A stretch of 24,750 bases of DNA from a virus. How positions within the stretch are numbered: position 1 is the first letter of the stretch; each line of letters opens with the position of its first letter. The position numbers and the translations under genes are program-made. A model generated the notes under the pieces. The model saw only the letters and a program-made list of their open reading frames with translations, was not told where the DNA came from and did no database searches. The stretch lies in the IMG/VR virus record IMGVR_UViG_3300037420_000928, positions 1 through 24,750 of that record, one strand, 5' to 3'. Positions 1-8,049 of the stretch are shown one piece after another.

Positions 1-67
1 CAGAAACCAGACCAACTTCAAGGAAATGAATTCCCGGATTATCGGACGAATTCAAATCATCGAATGA
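1..67 (+). CDS. 3' end of an upstream gene (partial)
   Basis: Frame 2 is open from the window start (RNQTNFKEMNSRIIGRIQIIE) to TGA at 65-67, followed by a GGGGGAG/CTCCCCC hairpin. Confidence 0.35.
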   Translation, partial: RNQTNFKEMNSRIIGRIQIIE

Positions 68-390
68 CCGACATCGACCGGGGGAGACTAACCACCTCCC
101 CCCCCCCCCCAAATATTCTAAGACACCCCTCTTGACGGACCGCGTGCTGCAATGGCGCAATTACAGCCAGAATGTGGGAATACTGTCTCTAGGCTCTTAC
201 GCGGTGAAATATGTTGCACTGAAAAAGCCTTTTTGCTGTTACGCTAAATTTTCCAGGATTTGTCAGGATATTGTCCTATGCATCTACCACGCTGTCTCTC
301 ATCGTCTCTACATGGGGATTATAAAAAATCGCGGGGGCTTCGCCCTTAATAGAACAGGTAGAGCATCTTTTGCCCGAGCTATTCTTACTC

Positions 391-420
391 CTTGTTTCCA
401 CAGGCCCGATATGGGATACT
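391..420 (+). promoter_or_regulatory. sigma70-type promoter
   Basis: cTTGTTT-N17-GATACT with extended TG, upstream of RBS GGAG and ATG 453. A near copy lies at 3802-3831. Confidence 0.55.
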
Positions 421-452
421 CAACCAATCAACAGGAAATAGGAGTTTTCCGA

Positions 453-989
453 ATGACGACGTATATCAGCCTTGACCGTAACGCGCTCAAGTCCCTCATT
501 GCCGATGACGAGCAATTCGCGCTCGATCTGAAGGCGGCGGTGATCAGCGAAATCGCTCGCCGGTTCTTCGACAAGGACGCCAAGAAGATCATAGCGGCGG
601 CCGAACCGGAATTGTTCCACAAGGCGCTGGACGCCTATCAGGATAACGTCGATATCCAGGCCAAGGTGGAGCAGGTGCTGAACACGGCCGTCGTCCGGCG
701 TGAGACGGCCTACTATAACAGGATCAAGCTGACGCCGGAGATGGAACGGGCATTAGAGCAACAAGCCCAGGAAATTCGCCTCACCATCGCGGCCAAGGCC
801 GCCAATGATTTTGAGGCTGCTTACTCCCAGGCGATCAAGACGGCGGTCGACAAGAAGCTGGAGGCGGAGCAGCTTGAGCAGCGGATCGAGAACCGCATCC
901 GAATGCTCGTCACTCAGGAGATCGCCCGGCTGGCAGAGGCGAAATTCCAGGCTCGTCTCGCGGACCTCAAGGCGATGATCGGGGGCTGA
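453..989 (+). CDS. hypothetical coiled-coil protein
   Basis: ORF 132-989 trimmed to ATG 453 (RBS GGAG at 441). GC3-biased codons begin here; Ala/Glu/Lys-rich helical sequence. Confidence 0.8.
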   Translation: MTTYISLDRNALKSLIADDEQFALDLKAAVISEIARRFFDKDAKKIIAAAEPELFHKALDAYQDNVDIQAKVEQVLNTAVVRRETAYYNRIKLTPEMERALEQQAQEIRLTIAAKAANDFEAAYSQAIKTAVDKKLEAEQLEQRIENRIRMLVTQEIARLAEAKFQARLADLKAMIGG

Positions 990-990
990 G

Positions 991-1188
991 ATGACAGATC
1001 AGCAGGCGGAGATGCAAAAGGCTTTCGAAATTTTGCGCACGATCCGCAACAACACGACCAGTGAACAGTTTCAGTGGATGGTGCTCGCGCTATGCTTTGA
1101 CGAGCCCAACTACATGGACGGGCTAATGCTGGCTGGGGTCGCCGCGTACAACGTGTTCAAGAGCAAGAAGAAGGAGCCCCAGAGATGA
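991..1188 (+). CDS. hypothetical protein
   Basis: Starts 1 nt after the previous stop; part of a tightly packed operon. Confidence 0.7.
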   Translation: MTDQQAEMQKAFEILRTIRNNTTSEQFQWMVLALCFDEPNYMDGLMLAGVAAYNVFKSKKKEPQR

Positions 1189-1370
1189 AATACGCTCTCA
1201 TACTGTTTGTGCTTCACAATGGACCGGCCATCACCAAGATCGAGGGGTACGCCTCGCGGGAGGAATGCCGGGCGGCTGGCGTCGAAGCTATAAACGAGGC
1301 GGGTCGGGTGAACCCATACATGAAAGGCAGCTTCCTGCCCATGTGTATCCAGATGCCGAAGGGAAAGTGA
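1185..1370 (+). CDS. small hypothetical protein with hydrophobic N-terminus and two Cys
   Basis: ATGA overlap, RBS AAGGAG, MKYALILFVL N-terminus. Confidence 0.7.
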   Translation: MKYALILFVLHNGPAITKIEGYASREECRAAGVEAINEAGRVNPYMKGSFLPMCIQMPKGK

Positions 1371-1371
1371 G

Positions 1372-1584
1372 ATGCCGAAATTCCTTTTCGACGTGAAGCT
1401 TTTTGCCTCAATTTACGTTGATGCTGACAGCGAAGAACAAGCCCGCCAGATGATGCTCGATCGCATTCACGGCAAAACTGCCAATCTTGGATCGTGGGAC
1501 AATGGCGATCCCATTTTAGCCGACGTTTCGTTTGACGATGTGGAAAACGACGAACTGATCGAGATTGACGGAGAGGCGGTATGA
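1372..1584 (+). CDS. hypothetical acidic phage protein
   Basis: Tight packing with neighbours. Confidence 0.7.
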   Translation: MPKFLFDVKLFASIYVDADSEEQARQMMLDRIHGKTANLGSWDNGDPILADVSFDDVENDELIEIDGEAV

Positions 1585-1814
1585 CGACGACTAGCATGTA
1601 CTATATTGAGGCCAAGGACATCAGCGCAGAAGACCTCTCCGGGTTCGTGGAGGCGGAGACGCTGGAGCAAGCCATAGAACTGTGGAAGGAATGGCTGACC
1701 TCCTTCACCGACAACGAGCCATTGGAACCCAGGTACTTCAGGCTGCCTACGTTGACCGGGCAGTCCCGGGCGCTGATGTGGCATGTGGAAGACGGCGGAA
1801 TAGTGGAGCTATGA
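1581..1814 (+). CDS. hypothetical protein
   Basis: ATGA overlap, RBS GAGG. Confidence 0.7.
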   Translation: MTTTSMYYIEAKDISAEDLSGFVEAETLEQAIELWKEWLTSFTDNEPLEPRYFRLPTLTGQSRALMWHVEDGGIVEL

Positions 1815-1815
1815 G

Positions 1816-2019
1816 ATGAATTGTCAAACGATATTCGCTCACCACACGCATATCGCCCCCGCCTATGTGAGCGTGGTGGAAGAGAACGGCCGACGATATT
1901 TTGCCTTTCTCAGCAAGCATCGATCAACCACGATGGCGAGCGAAGCCGTAGCTATCTTAGAAGGGCGTAAGGTGCTATATCGCGTCCACATTGGCCCGCC
2001 CCCGGAGAAGGTAAAATGA
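1816..2019 (+). CDS. hypothetical protein
   Basis: RBS GGAG, tight packing. Confidence 0.6.
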   Translation: MNCQTIFAHHTHIAPAYVSVVEENGRRYFAFLSKHRSTTMASEAVAILEGRKVLYRVHIGPPPEKVK

Positions 2020-2225
2020 GCTTTGAATTCACAGGCAGACCGGCACTCGGAGATCAAAAGCAGGTCTGGGAGTACGGGACTGAGCCCTCCAGCGCCGACG
2101 GGTTGCGGGACGACCTGAACCAACTGGTAAAGGAGGGGTGGGAGATTTTCTCTATTCTCTCCAACCCCGATCCGCATTCTTATTACTCGTTTGTGATCGT
2201 CGCTCGCCGGCTGGTGGAGGTCTGA
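2016..2225 (+). CDS. hypothetical protein (LNQLVKEGWEI motif, DUF4177/DUF1737-like small fold)
   Basis: ATGA overlap, RBS AAGGT. The family resemblance rests on the short motif only. Confidence 0.65.
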   Translation: MSFEFTGRPALGDQKQVWEYGTEPSSADGLRDDLNQLVKEGWEIFSILSNPDPHSYYSFVIVARRLVEV

Positions 2226-2226
2226 T

Positions 2227-2412
2227 ATGGAAAAAGGACCCATTATCACCGACGTCGAAAAGGCAGAACTGATCGAGCTTCTTGAAGGCAAGCGGATCGT
2301 TAGTGTCAGCATCTGGGGGGCGATCCTTGAATTCCGCTTGGACGACGGCACCAATGTCGAGATCATGAGCAGCGACCACCCGGACGAATTCCCGGCAGTG
2401 AGGGTAAAATGA
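2227..2412 (+). CDS. hypothetical protein
   Basis: RBS GGAGG, tight packing. Confidence 0.7.
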   Translation: MEKGPIITDVEKAELIELLEGKRIVSVSIWGAILEFRLDDGTNVEIMSSDHPDEFPAVRVK

Positions 2413-2630
2413 GACCACAGATCAAAGAGGCTTTCGAGGCCGTCAACTATCAGCCTCCCAAGAACCCGTTCGAAAGCGAAAAGACCCGCGCCCGGCGAGA
2501 GAAATTCTCCTTGGCTATGCGGATCAAGGAGGTCGAGATGGTGCTCATGGCCTTGCTGGAGCGCGATCTGGAGGATATGACTGTGCAGGAACTCTACAAC
2601 GAGATTGTCGGGGAGGCGTCTGACACATGA
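2409..2630 (+). CDS. hypothetical protein
   Basis: ATGA overlap, RBS GAGG. Confidence 0.7.
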   Translation: MRPQIKEAFEAVNYQPPKNPFESEKTRARREKFSLAMRIKEVEMVLMALLERDLEDMTVQELYNEIVGEASDT

Positions 2631-2863
2631 ACGAGTATGCGGACGAACTGCTGCCTCTCATTCTTGACGCGCCGGAGGCGGTGCAGTACGAAGTCAAGAC
2701 CGCCAAATCCGGCAAGTGCGAATGGCACGACGACGGGTATCTGTGGACGGTGGCGTGGAGCGCCAATGGCTCCTTCACTATCACCGGCACGTTGCTACCT
2801 CCACCCAAGCCAAGGCCCAAGCGCAGGAGACGTGCACGAAGTACAAGCCAGGGGTCGTGTTGA
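2627..2863 (+). CDS. hypothetical protein
   Basis: ATGA overlap; typical codon usage; Pro/Arg-rich tail. Confidence 0.6.
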   Translation: MNEYADELLPLILDAPEAVQYEVKTAKSGKCEWHDDGYLWTVAWSANGSFTITGTLLPPPKPRPKRRRRARSTSQGSC

Positions 2864-3039
2864 AGAACTGCTACATTCCGTGGCTGGATCGACACGATGT
2901 CAAGCTCATCGAGAAGCGTTGCCCAAAGGACGGTGAATATTTCATCAACAACGGCAGCATCGTTGTTGGGTCGGGCCGGGAGTATGTATCAGAGGCCGAG
3001 AAGAAGCGAGAATATTGGATCGTGGAGGTCCTGGATTAA
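2860..3039 (+). CDS. hypothetical protein
   Basis: 3' part of ORF 2716-3039 with typical codon bias. Likely TTG start in a TTGA overlap (GTG 2857 is an alternative). Confidence 0.55.
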   Translation: MKNCYIPWLDRHDVKLIEKRCPKDGEYFINNGSIVVGSGREYVSEAEKKREYWIVEVLD

Positions 3040-3114
3040 GGCGTGGAACCTTTTCCTTTGTGGGGATTTTACCCCATACCCCGAGAACTGTCGGGGATCA
3101 AAAGGAGATAAGCC

Positions 3115-3696
3115 ATGTCTAAGATCAATATCGGTTCCACCGAAGAGAAGACTGTGACGGCTCCGGTCGGCTCCAAGCTGGGGAAGGAACTTGCCCCGGA
3201 GACGTCGCCCAATACGGACGGCCTGCAGGACCCCGATCCTGTGAAGGCTGCCGAGGTGCAGACCCCTGACAACGCCAACGTCAAGCCGGTGAACGAATTC
3301 GGGGACCATGAAGCGGCCGACGATGCAGCAGCGGCAGCGCAGGACAGCAATCTCAGCGAGCGTGACATCGCCTACCTGAAGTCGGAGAACCCGACGCTCA
3401 GCCAGTATGCCAACCAGATCACCGACAGCGCCCGCCCAGGCTCCCCGAACGACGTCACCTTCTCCAGGGAACTGCAGTCGCTGGTCAACAAGTATCAGCA
3501 GCATGCGTCCTACAAGGACGACGGTCTGGTGTCTGACATGCAGTCGATGATCGCTGCCCTCAAGCGCGACAACAGGGGCGGTGAGCGCCACGAGCGGATC
3601 ATCCGCACCAATGACGGCATGACGATCCTGCAGCGTCAGCACGGCTCGGACAGCACCAACACCGACAACTCCATCAACCGCCCGGTCCAACTCTGA
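3115..3696 (+). CDS. hypothetical acidic, low-complexity protein
   Basis: Strong RBS AAAGGAG, strongly biased codons, followed by a terminator. Confidence 0.8.
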   Translation: MSKINIGSTEEKTVTAPVGSKLGKELAPETSPNTDGLQDPDPVKAAEVQTPDNANVKPVNEFGDHEAADDAAAAAQDSNLSERDIAYLKSENPTLSQYANQITDSARPGSPNDVTFSRELQSLVNKYQQHASYKDDGLVSDMQSMIAALKRDNRGGERHERIIRTNDGMTILQRQHGSDSTNTDNSINRPVQL

Positions 3697-3750
3697 TCCA
3701 CGGGGCGTTGCTTTACATTCAATTTTGATCTTATTCAGGCGTGCCATTGC

Positions 3751-3782
3751 AGACCACCTCTTGACCAGGGGTGGTCTTTTTT
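3751..3782 (+). terminator. rho-independent terminator
   Basis: AGACCACCTC-loop-GGGGTGGTCT stem followed by a T-run. Confidence 0.8.
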
Positions 3783-3801
3783 ATTAAGAGCACATCCAAC
3801 A

Positions 3802-3831
3802 CTTGTTCTTTCCAGCCCCATATGGAATACT
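3802..3831 (+). promoter_or_regulatory. sigma70-type promoter
   Basis: cTTGTTC-N17-AATACT with extended TG, directly after the terminator and before RBS AAAGGAG. Confidence 0.6.
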
Positions 3832-3867
3832 GACTAAATCGAAACACGATCTCAAAGGAGTGACGAC

Positions 3868-4041
3868 GTGGCGACTACAGACTACACGGTGACGGTGTTT
3901 ACGGCCTTGCCGTTGACCAAGGATCAAGCGGTCGACCTCGATCATGTGATTACCATGCTGTTTAAAAGCCTGGAGCACAGCGACAAGCTCTCTCCGAAAG
4001 GCAATCTCGTGCAGCAAACCGTGGTTCGAAGGGCAACATAA
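3868..4041 (+). CDS. hypothetical protein (57 aa, not in the ORF track)
   Basis: GTG start 7 nt after AAAGGAG; MATTDYTVTVFTALPLTKDQ...RRAT. Confidence 0.65.
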   Translation: MATTDYTVTVFTALPLTKDQAVDLDHVITMLFKSLEHSDKLSPKGNLVQQTVVRRAT

Positions 4042-4052
4042 CAGGGGGCTAC

Positions 4053-4214
4053 ATGCCAAAGACTTTATGGGAAGTGCTGGTCATAGCGGTGGAGCTAATG
4101 ATGCTCTATGCCCTGGTCACCGTCGTCGGGCTGCTGCATCTGGGAGGTTTCGACAATTTCGCGGTGATCTCCACCGTCATCATTGCCTACAACAAGCTAT
4201 TGAGGAAACACTGA
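4053..4214 (+). CDS. small membrane protein (53 aa, about 2 TM segments, not in the ORF track)
   Basis: MPKTLWEVLVIAVELMMLYALVTVVGLLHLGGFDNFAVISTVIIAYNKLLRKH; fills the gap between neighbours. Confidence 0.65.
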   Translation: MPKTLWEVLVIAVELMMLYALVTVVGLLHLGGFDNFAVISTVIIAYNKLLRKH

Positions 4215-4215
4215 C

Positions 4216-4455
4216 ATGGCCAGGACTGCATTCGAAACGCTGATCGAGCGCTATGCCGACGGCAGGAGCATCTGCAACTGCGGCGAGGCGTACTACTCCA
4301 ACACCGGGGACGGTTATAAAAAAGTCAACGGCCGGCTGGAGCACCGCACCGATCTGCCCATCTGCGACGGCGGCTGCTCAGCCAACCAGATAGACGCCAA
4401 GGAATATGTTGCCGAGCGCGCCCTGAAAGAACTCGGCATAACGTGGGAGGTTTGA
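4216..4455 (+). CDS. hypothetical Cys-containing protein
   Basis: RBS GAGG; CNC...CDGGC. Confidence 0.7.
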   Translation: MARTAFETLIERYADGRSICNCGEAYYSNTGDGYKKVNGRLEHRTDLPICDGGCSANQIDAKEYVAERALKELGITWEV

Positions 4456-4456
4456 A

Positions 4457-4699
4457 ATGGTCGTGACAGGGAAATACAGCGTCAAGCCTTATCGCTGCCG
4501 GTGCGGCGCCGAGAAGGAGTTTGGCACCAACCATTGGGGAGAGCACTACTCCGAGTGCAACGTCTGTCGGATAGAGACGGGGCACCCCAACGGCATCTGG
4601 ACGTGCCTGGAAGAGCCTCCTGAGGGCGTCGGACTGCCTGAGAAATGGCGGGAGGTCAAGCTGGGGGACATTGTCGAGATCAAGGAGGGCGGTAAATGA
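4457..4699 (+). CDS. putative zinc-ribbon protein
   Basis: RBS GGAGG; CRC and CNVC motifs. Confidence 0.7.
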   Translation: MVVTGKYSVKPYRCRCGAEKEFGTNHWGEHYSECNVCRIETGHPNGIWTCLEEPPEGVGLPEKWREVKLGDIVEIKEGGK

Positions 4700-5043
4700 A
4701 GGTCGAAGTAGAATGCAATATCCTGTCGATCGACGGCAAGGACGTGGTCTTTCTGCAGCGGATGCGGGGAGTTGACGCGGATTACATGAAAGCGGTCGTG
4801 AACGGGATCGTCGCGGCTATGAACGAGAAGTTCGGCGTCAAAGACCTCGATATCCGCACGCGAGAGCAGCAGGAGGCCGATTTTATCGAGGAACTGAAGG
4901 ACATGGTGTTCAACGGCAGGGCTCGGCTCGACACCCTGCACCGCGAGATCGAGGCCAAGGAACTGCTGTGTCGCATGAAGCTGGGGGAAATCCAGCACGC
5001 CAAACGGCTTCTGCTGCAACTCGGATTTGAGGGCATGATATGA
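4696..5043 (+). CDS. hypothetical protein
   Basis: ATGA overlap, RBS AGGAGG. Confidence 0.75.
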   Translation: MKVEVECNILSIDGKDVVFLQRMRGVDADYMKAVVNGIVAAMNEKFGVKDLDIRTREQQEADFIEELKDMVFNGRARLDTLHREIEAKELLCRMKLGEIQHAKRLLLQLGFEGMI

Positions 5044-5348
5044 GCAGCTATTATGCAGGGATAGCCAAGGCTTGCCAGTTGATCGCGCTCGATAACGGGG
5101 GCATAAATCGGTATCGGACAACGTGGCAACAGGCCAACGACTTTGAAAAGTGGCTTGTGACCTACGTCCAGGCCAACGACATCACCCCGGAGCAACTGCA
5201 GGAAGCTGATGACTGGCTGATCAAGCTGGAGCCGACGGTCATGGACATCGTCTGCTGCGGTGAAGACACCGATCGAGAGGCTGCGATGGTAAATGCCCCG
5301 TGGTTTCTCAACGATTTGCTGGACGCTTACTTCGAGGGGCCATGCTGA
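5040..5348 (+). CDS. hypothetical protein
   Basis: ATGA overlap, RBS GAGG. Confidence 0.7.
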   Translation: MSSYYAGIAKACQLIALDNGGINRYRTTWQQANDFEKWLVTYVQANDITPEQLQEADDWLIKLEPTVMDIVCCGEDTDREAAMVNAPWFLNDLLDAYFEGPC

Positions 5349-5767
5349 TGGCTGAAGAGCTTCATGGGGTCCTGAAGGCACCATGCAAGTCCTGTCCTTA
5401 CCGCAAGGACGTTCCCTCCGGCATCTGGGCTGAAGAGGAGTATAGAAAGCTCCCCTCCTACGACGGTGACATCCCGGAGCAGTTGGTGAAAGGCGCTTTT
5501 TCGCTGTTTTTCTGCCATCAACAGAACGATGCGCTCTGCTCGGGTTGGTTGGGGTGCCATGAACCGCGCAACTTGCTTGCCATGCGGCTTCATTACAGGC
5601 AGGTCAAGCCGGAAACCTTTGATTATACGACCAAAATACCGCTTTTTGCCTCCGGTGCAGAAGCGGCCGAACATGGCATAAAAGACATTGATGCGCCGTC
5701 GGAAGGCGCTAAAAAAGCCGTAATCAAGCTTTTGAGGCAGAAAATGAGGAAAATAAGAGCAGAATAG
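5348..5767 (+). CDS. DUF6283-like Cys/His-rich protein
   Basis: PCKSCPYRKDVPSGIW..EY.KLP.YD, FFCHQ and CSGWLGCH motifs. Start is 5342 or 5348. Confidence 0.65.
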   Translation: MAEELHGVLKAPCKSCPYRKDVPSGIWAEEEYRKLPSYDGDIPEQLVKGAFSLFFCHQQNDALCSGWLGCHEPRNLLAMRLHYRQVKPETFDYTTKIPLFASGAEAAEHGIKDIDAPSEGAKKAVIKLLRQKMRKIRAE

Positions 5768-5775
5768 CGCCGAAT

Positions 5776-5831
5776 TGCAATAAATTGCACTGGAAATTTA
5801 CCTTGAAACGGGGTGGTTAGGATCATACCCT
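5776..5831 (+). promoter_or_regulatory. palindromic operator TGCAA-TAAA-TTGCA plus sigma70-type promoter
   Basis: Palindrome at 5776-5789, then TTGAAA-N17-TACCCT at 5803-5831. Confidence 0.6.
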
Positions 5832-5872
5832 CTGATAATCCAATGATGGATACAGCCAACAGGAGACATAAG

Positions 5873-6901
5873 ATGTCATTATTCGTAGGTGGGTCCGGGC
5901 AATCCGGGGCCGTGGGCGGGATCGGCATGTCCGGTGGGGATATGACCCTCAATACCCACGTTCATGTGTGGACCGACGCCGGGTGGGCAGTTGCCGACCC
6001 CAGCAAACCGCCCTTCAATCAAGACTACATCACGAAGGGCGTACCGCCCTACAACAACAGCCTCTGGCAAGCCTGCAAGCAGTTGCAGCAACACACTGGT
6101 CAGGAGGTCTACTTCGTGCTGTCCGGCAAGGGAGCCACCCCGATCTCGGAATGGGCGCCGGGGCATGAGCAGTGGACCAATCTCGACAGCCGCATGCATG
6201 CCGCAATGGCCACGCCGGAACTGGCCGGCAAGACCGCCCCGGACTACTTCTTCTGGTATCACGGCGGCAGCGACAGCGCCAGCACCACCTATACGCACGA
6301 CTTCCTCGACCTGCGGGACAGGGCCATCCAGTCCGGCTGGCTGCACGATGACACGAAGGTCATCTACGAGCCGATGCACTTCGACCGCGAGCCGAACGAG
6401 GACATTTACAACATGATCGGCTCTGGCAATTATCCGTGGCTGCACACGGCCGACAATTCGGGCATCCCGTATTACAACAACGACCGACATCCGACCGGCG
6501 ACGGCTGCGTGACCTATGGGGAACGCATCTATGAAGCAGCTATCGAAACCGTGCAGCACCTAAACCATCTGTTCGGTGCCACCCATTTCGACTTCGGCTC
6601 CAGTCTGAGCGAGACGTTGTACGGGCAGGACAACACGCTGGTGCGGGCGCAGGAAGGCGACGACCGGATCGAGGCCCACGGGGGCGGGTCCCACCTCTTC
6701 GCCGGTCAGGGAGACGATGTGTTCGTTTTGAGTAACGTCACGGGCGAAACCTGGGTCGACGGGGCGGCAGGCTACGACAAGCTGCATGTCGTGCTCGACA
6801 CCGGGGAGACTTACACCCAGACAAGCGACACGATCACGCTCAGCAATGGCGCCCATATCCACATGACGGACGTCGATTTCCTGAAATTCTGGCCGTCATA
6901 A
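5873..6901 (+). CDS. SGNH-family O-acetylesterase (SASA/CE6-like) with C-terminal RTX-like Gly/Asp repeats
   Basis: SGNH blocks GSGQSG, GATPISEW, WYHGGSD and DRHP. C-terminal GDDRIEAHGG, GQGDDVF and DGAAGYDKL repeats. RBS AGGAG before ATG 5873. Confidence 0.75.
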   Translation: MSLFVGGSGQSGAVGGIGMSGGDMTLNTHVHVWTDAGWAVADPSKPPFNQDYITKGVPPYNNSLWQACKQLQQHTGQEVYFVLSGKGATPISEWAPGHEQWTNLDSRMHAAMATPELAGKTAPDYFFWYHGGSDSASTTYTHDFLDLRDRAIQSGWLHDDTKVIYEPMHFDREPNEDIYNMIGSGNYPWLHTADNSGIPYYNNDRHPTGDGCVTYGERIYEAAIETVQHLNHLFGATHFDFGSSLSETLYGQDNTLVRAQEGDDRIEAHGGGSHLFAGQGDDVFVLSNVTGETWVDGAAGYDKLHVVLDTGETYTQTSDTITLSNGAHIHMTDVDFLKFWPS

Positions 6902-6909
6902 GCCTGAAT

Positions 6910-6966
6910 TGCATCATATTGCACCTGAATTTATCCCTTGAACCCCTGTGGCTCGGGGGATATTCT
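6910..6966 (+). promoter_or_regulatory. near-palindromic operator TGCAT-CATA-TTGCA plus sigma70-type promoter
   Basis: Same layout as 5776-5831; TTGAAC-N17-TATTCT at 6938-6966. Confidence 0.65.
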
Positions 6967-6995
6967 ACCCAAATCATCGATAAGGAGATCGAGAT

Positions 6996-7352
6996 ATGGC
7001 ACGAAAAAATACCGATCAGGCAACCAGATTGCAGACTGCCGAAGACTGGTTACACGCAAAAGGCTCCATTTCTTTCCGGGAGTTCGCTGAAAGGCACGGG
7101 GTCAACGACAAAACTCTGTCCAACTGGGTCAGGGAGTACAAAATCCACGAGGCCAACCAAAAAATGCGGAACATTGGCGGCTCCCTGGAGGAGAAAACCC
7201 AGAGCTTGGTGTCGCGGCCCGCCCCAGGACCTTCCCGAGATGAGCTTCAGGCTGTTATTTCCGACCTGCAGAGCCGGCTTCACGATCTGGAGCTAAAGCA
7301 TCAGGCCCTGCTCAACACCGTCTACATTCTCGGCCATCAGGTCGGATCATGA
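6996..7352 (+). CDS. HTH plus coiled-coil DNA-binding protein
   Basis: ISFREFAERHGVNDKTLSNWVRE helix-turn-helix; C-terminal leucine heptads; RBS AAGGAG. Confidence 0.7.
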   Translation: MARKNTDQATRLQTAEDWLHAKGSISFREFAERHGVNDKTLSNWVREYKIHEANQKMRNIGGSLEEKTQSLVSRPAPGPSRDELQAVISDLQSRLHDLELKHQALLNTVYILGHQVGS

Positions 7353-7486
7353 GCAACTATTACATCGCGACTGCGGGGGACTTCTCGGAAATCCCCGATG
7401 GCTGGTATGGGGTGGCCAAGGACGGTAAACTGATCGCCATGTTCAACACCATAGAGCGGGCCAAGGAGTACATCAAAAATGCCTAA
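7349..7486 (+). CDS. hypothetical protein (45 aa, not in the ORF track)
   Basis: ATGA overlap; MSNYYIATAGDFSEIPDGWYGVAKDGKLIAMFNTIERAKEYIKNA. Confidence 0.6.
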   Translation: MSNYYIATAGDFSEIPDGWYGVAKDGKLIAMFNTIERAKEYIKNA

Positions 7487-7724
7487 GAAAATCCAATGGT
7501 CGAAGGACAGACCACAACGTCCTGATCACGATCCAATGCTGCTCGAATTGCGCCAGCTTTTGATGACCGACCGGCGCACCTTCCATGCGATGGCCGACGT
7601 CTCCGGCCTTGCCCCCTCCACTCTCAGGAACATTGTCGACGGTAAGACGCGCCGACCGCTGGGGACGACCATTCAGATGGCCTATGCCATGCTGGGGTAC
7701 AAGATCAGGGCCGTCAAGGATTGA
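7479..7724 (+). CDS. XRE-family HTH transcriptional regulator
   Basis: MADVSGLAPSTLRNIVDGKTRRP..TI....LG pattern; RBS AAGGAG. Confidence 0.75.
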   Translation: MPKKIQWSKDRPQRPDHDPMLLELRQLLMTDRRTFHAMADVSGLAPSTLRNIVDGKTRRPLGTTIQMAYAMLGYKIRAVKD

Positions 7725-7728
7725 CTTT

Positions 7729-8049
7729 ATGGCGATAAAGCCGTTGAAGGAGCAAGGTCCGATCTTTCTGATGGCCGATGAACTGGCGTGCTTGCAGAAA
7801 GTCGCCAATTGCATGGTCGGTCCTGGACAGATCAAGGCTGACGTGCTCAAACGCCTGCAGAGGTTCGGGTTCGTCACCTTTGACGCTGGCATCCAGCGGT
7901 GGATGCTCTCCGACGGCGGCAGGCAAGCATTGAGGGAAGCACATGGCGGGGGTAACCTGCATAGCGAAGATCATGTTCGCGCTGGTATGCGAAATCCACG
8001 GGGCAGACCCGGAACCGACGGCCTTCAGGCTTCAAGAGGTGAAAAATGA
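7729..8049 (+). CDS. hypothetical protein (possible winged-helix)
   Basis: ORF 7585-8049 trimmed to ATG 7729 (RBS AAGGA); LKRLQRFGFV...WMLSDGGR. Its tail overlaps the next gene. Confidence 0.5.
   Translation: MAIKPLKEQGPIFLMADELACLQKVANCMVGPGQIKADVLKRLQRFGFVTFDAGIQRWMLSDGGRQALREAHGGGNLHSEDHVRAGMRNPRGRPGTDGLQASRGEK

Noticed and set aside
254-276. TGTCAGGATATTG resembles a T-DNA border or IncP oriT nick core
   Set aside because: The match is short, the rest of the 25-bp border is missing, and there are no relaxase or vir genes in the window.
2716-3039. Possible frameshift fusing 2627-2863 with the downstream frame
   Set aside because: No slippery sequence is visible. A TTG/GTG start overlapping the stop codon explains it more simply.
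4053-4214. Small membrane proteins (4053-4214, 13747-13857) as holins
   Set aside because: They are not adjacent to an endolysin or spanins, and hydrophobicity alone is insufficient.
6996-7352. IS3-type transposase OrfA / insertion sequence
   Set aside because: No downstream DDE OrfB and no terminal inverted repeats; better explained as a phage HTH protein.
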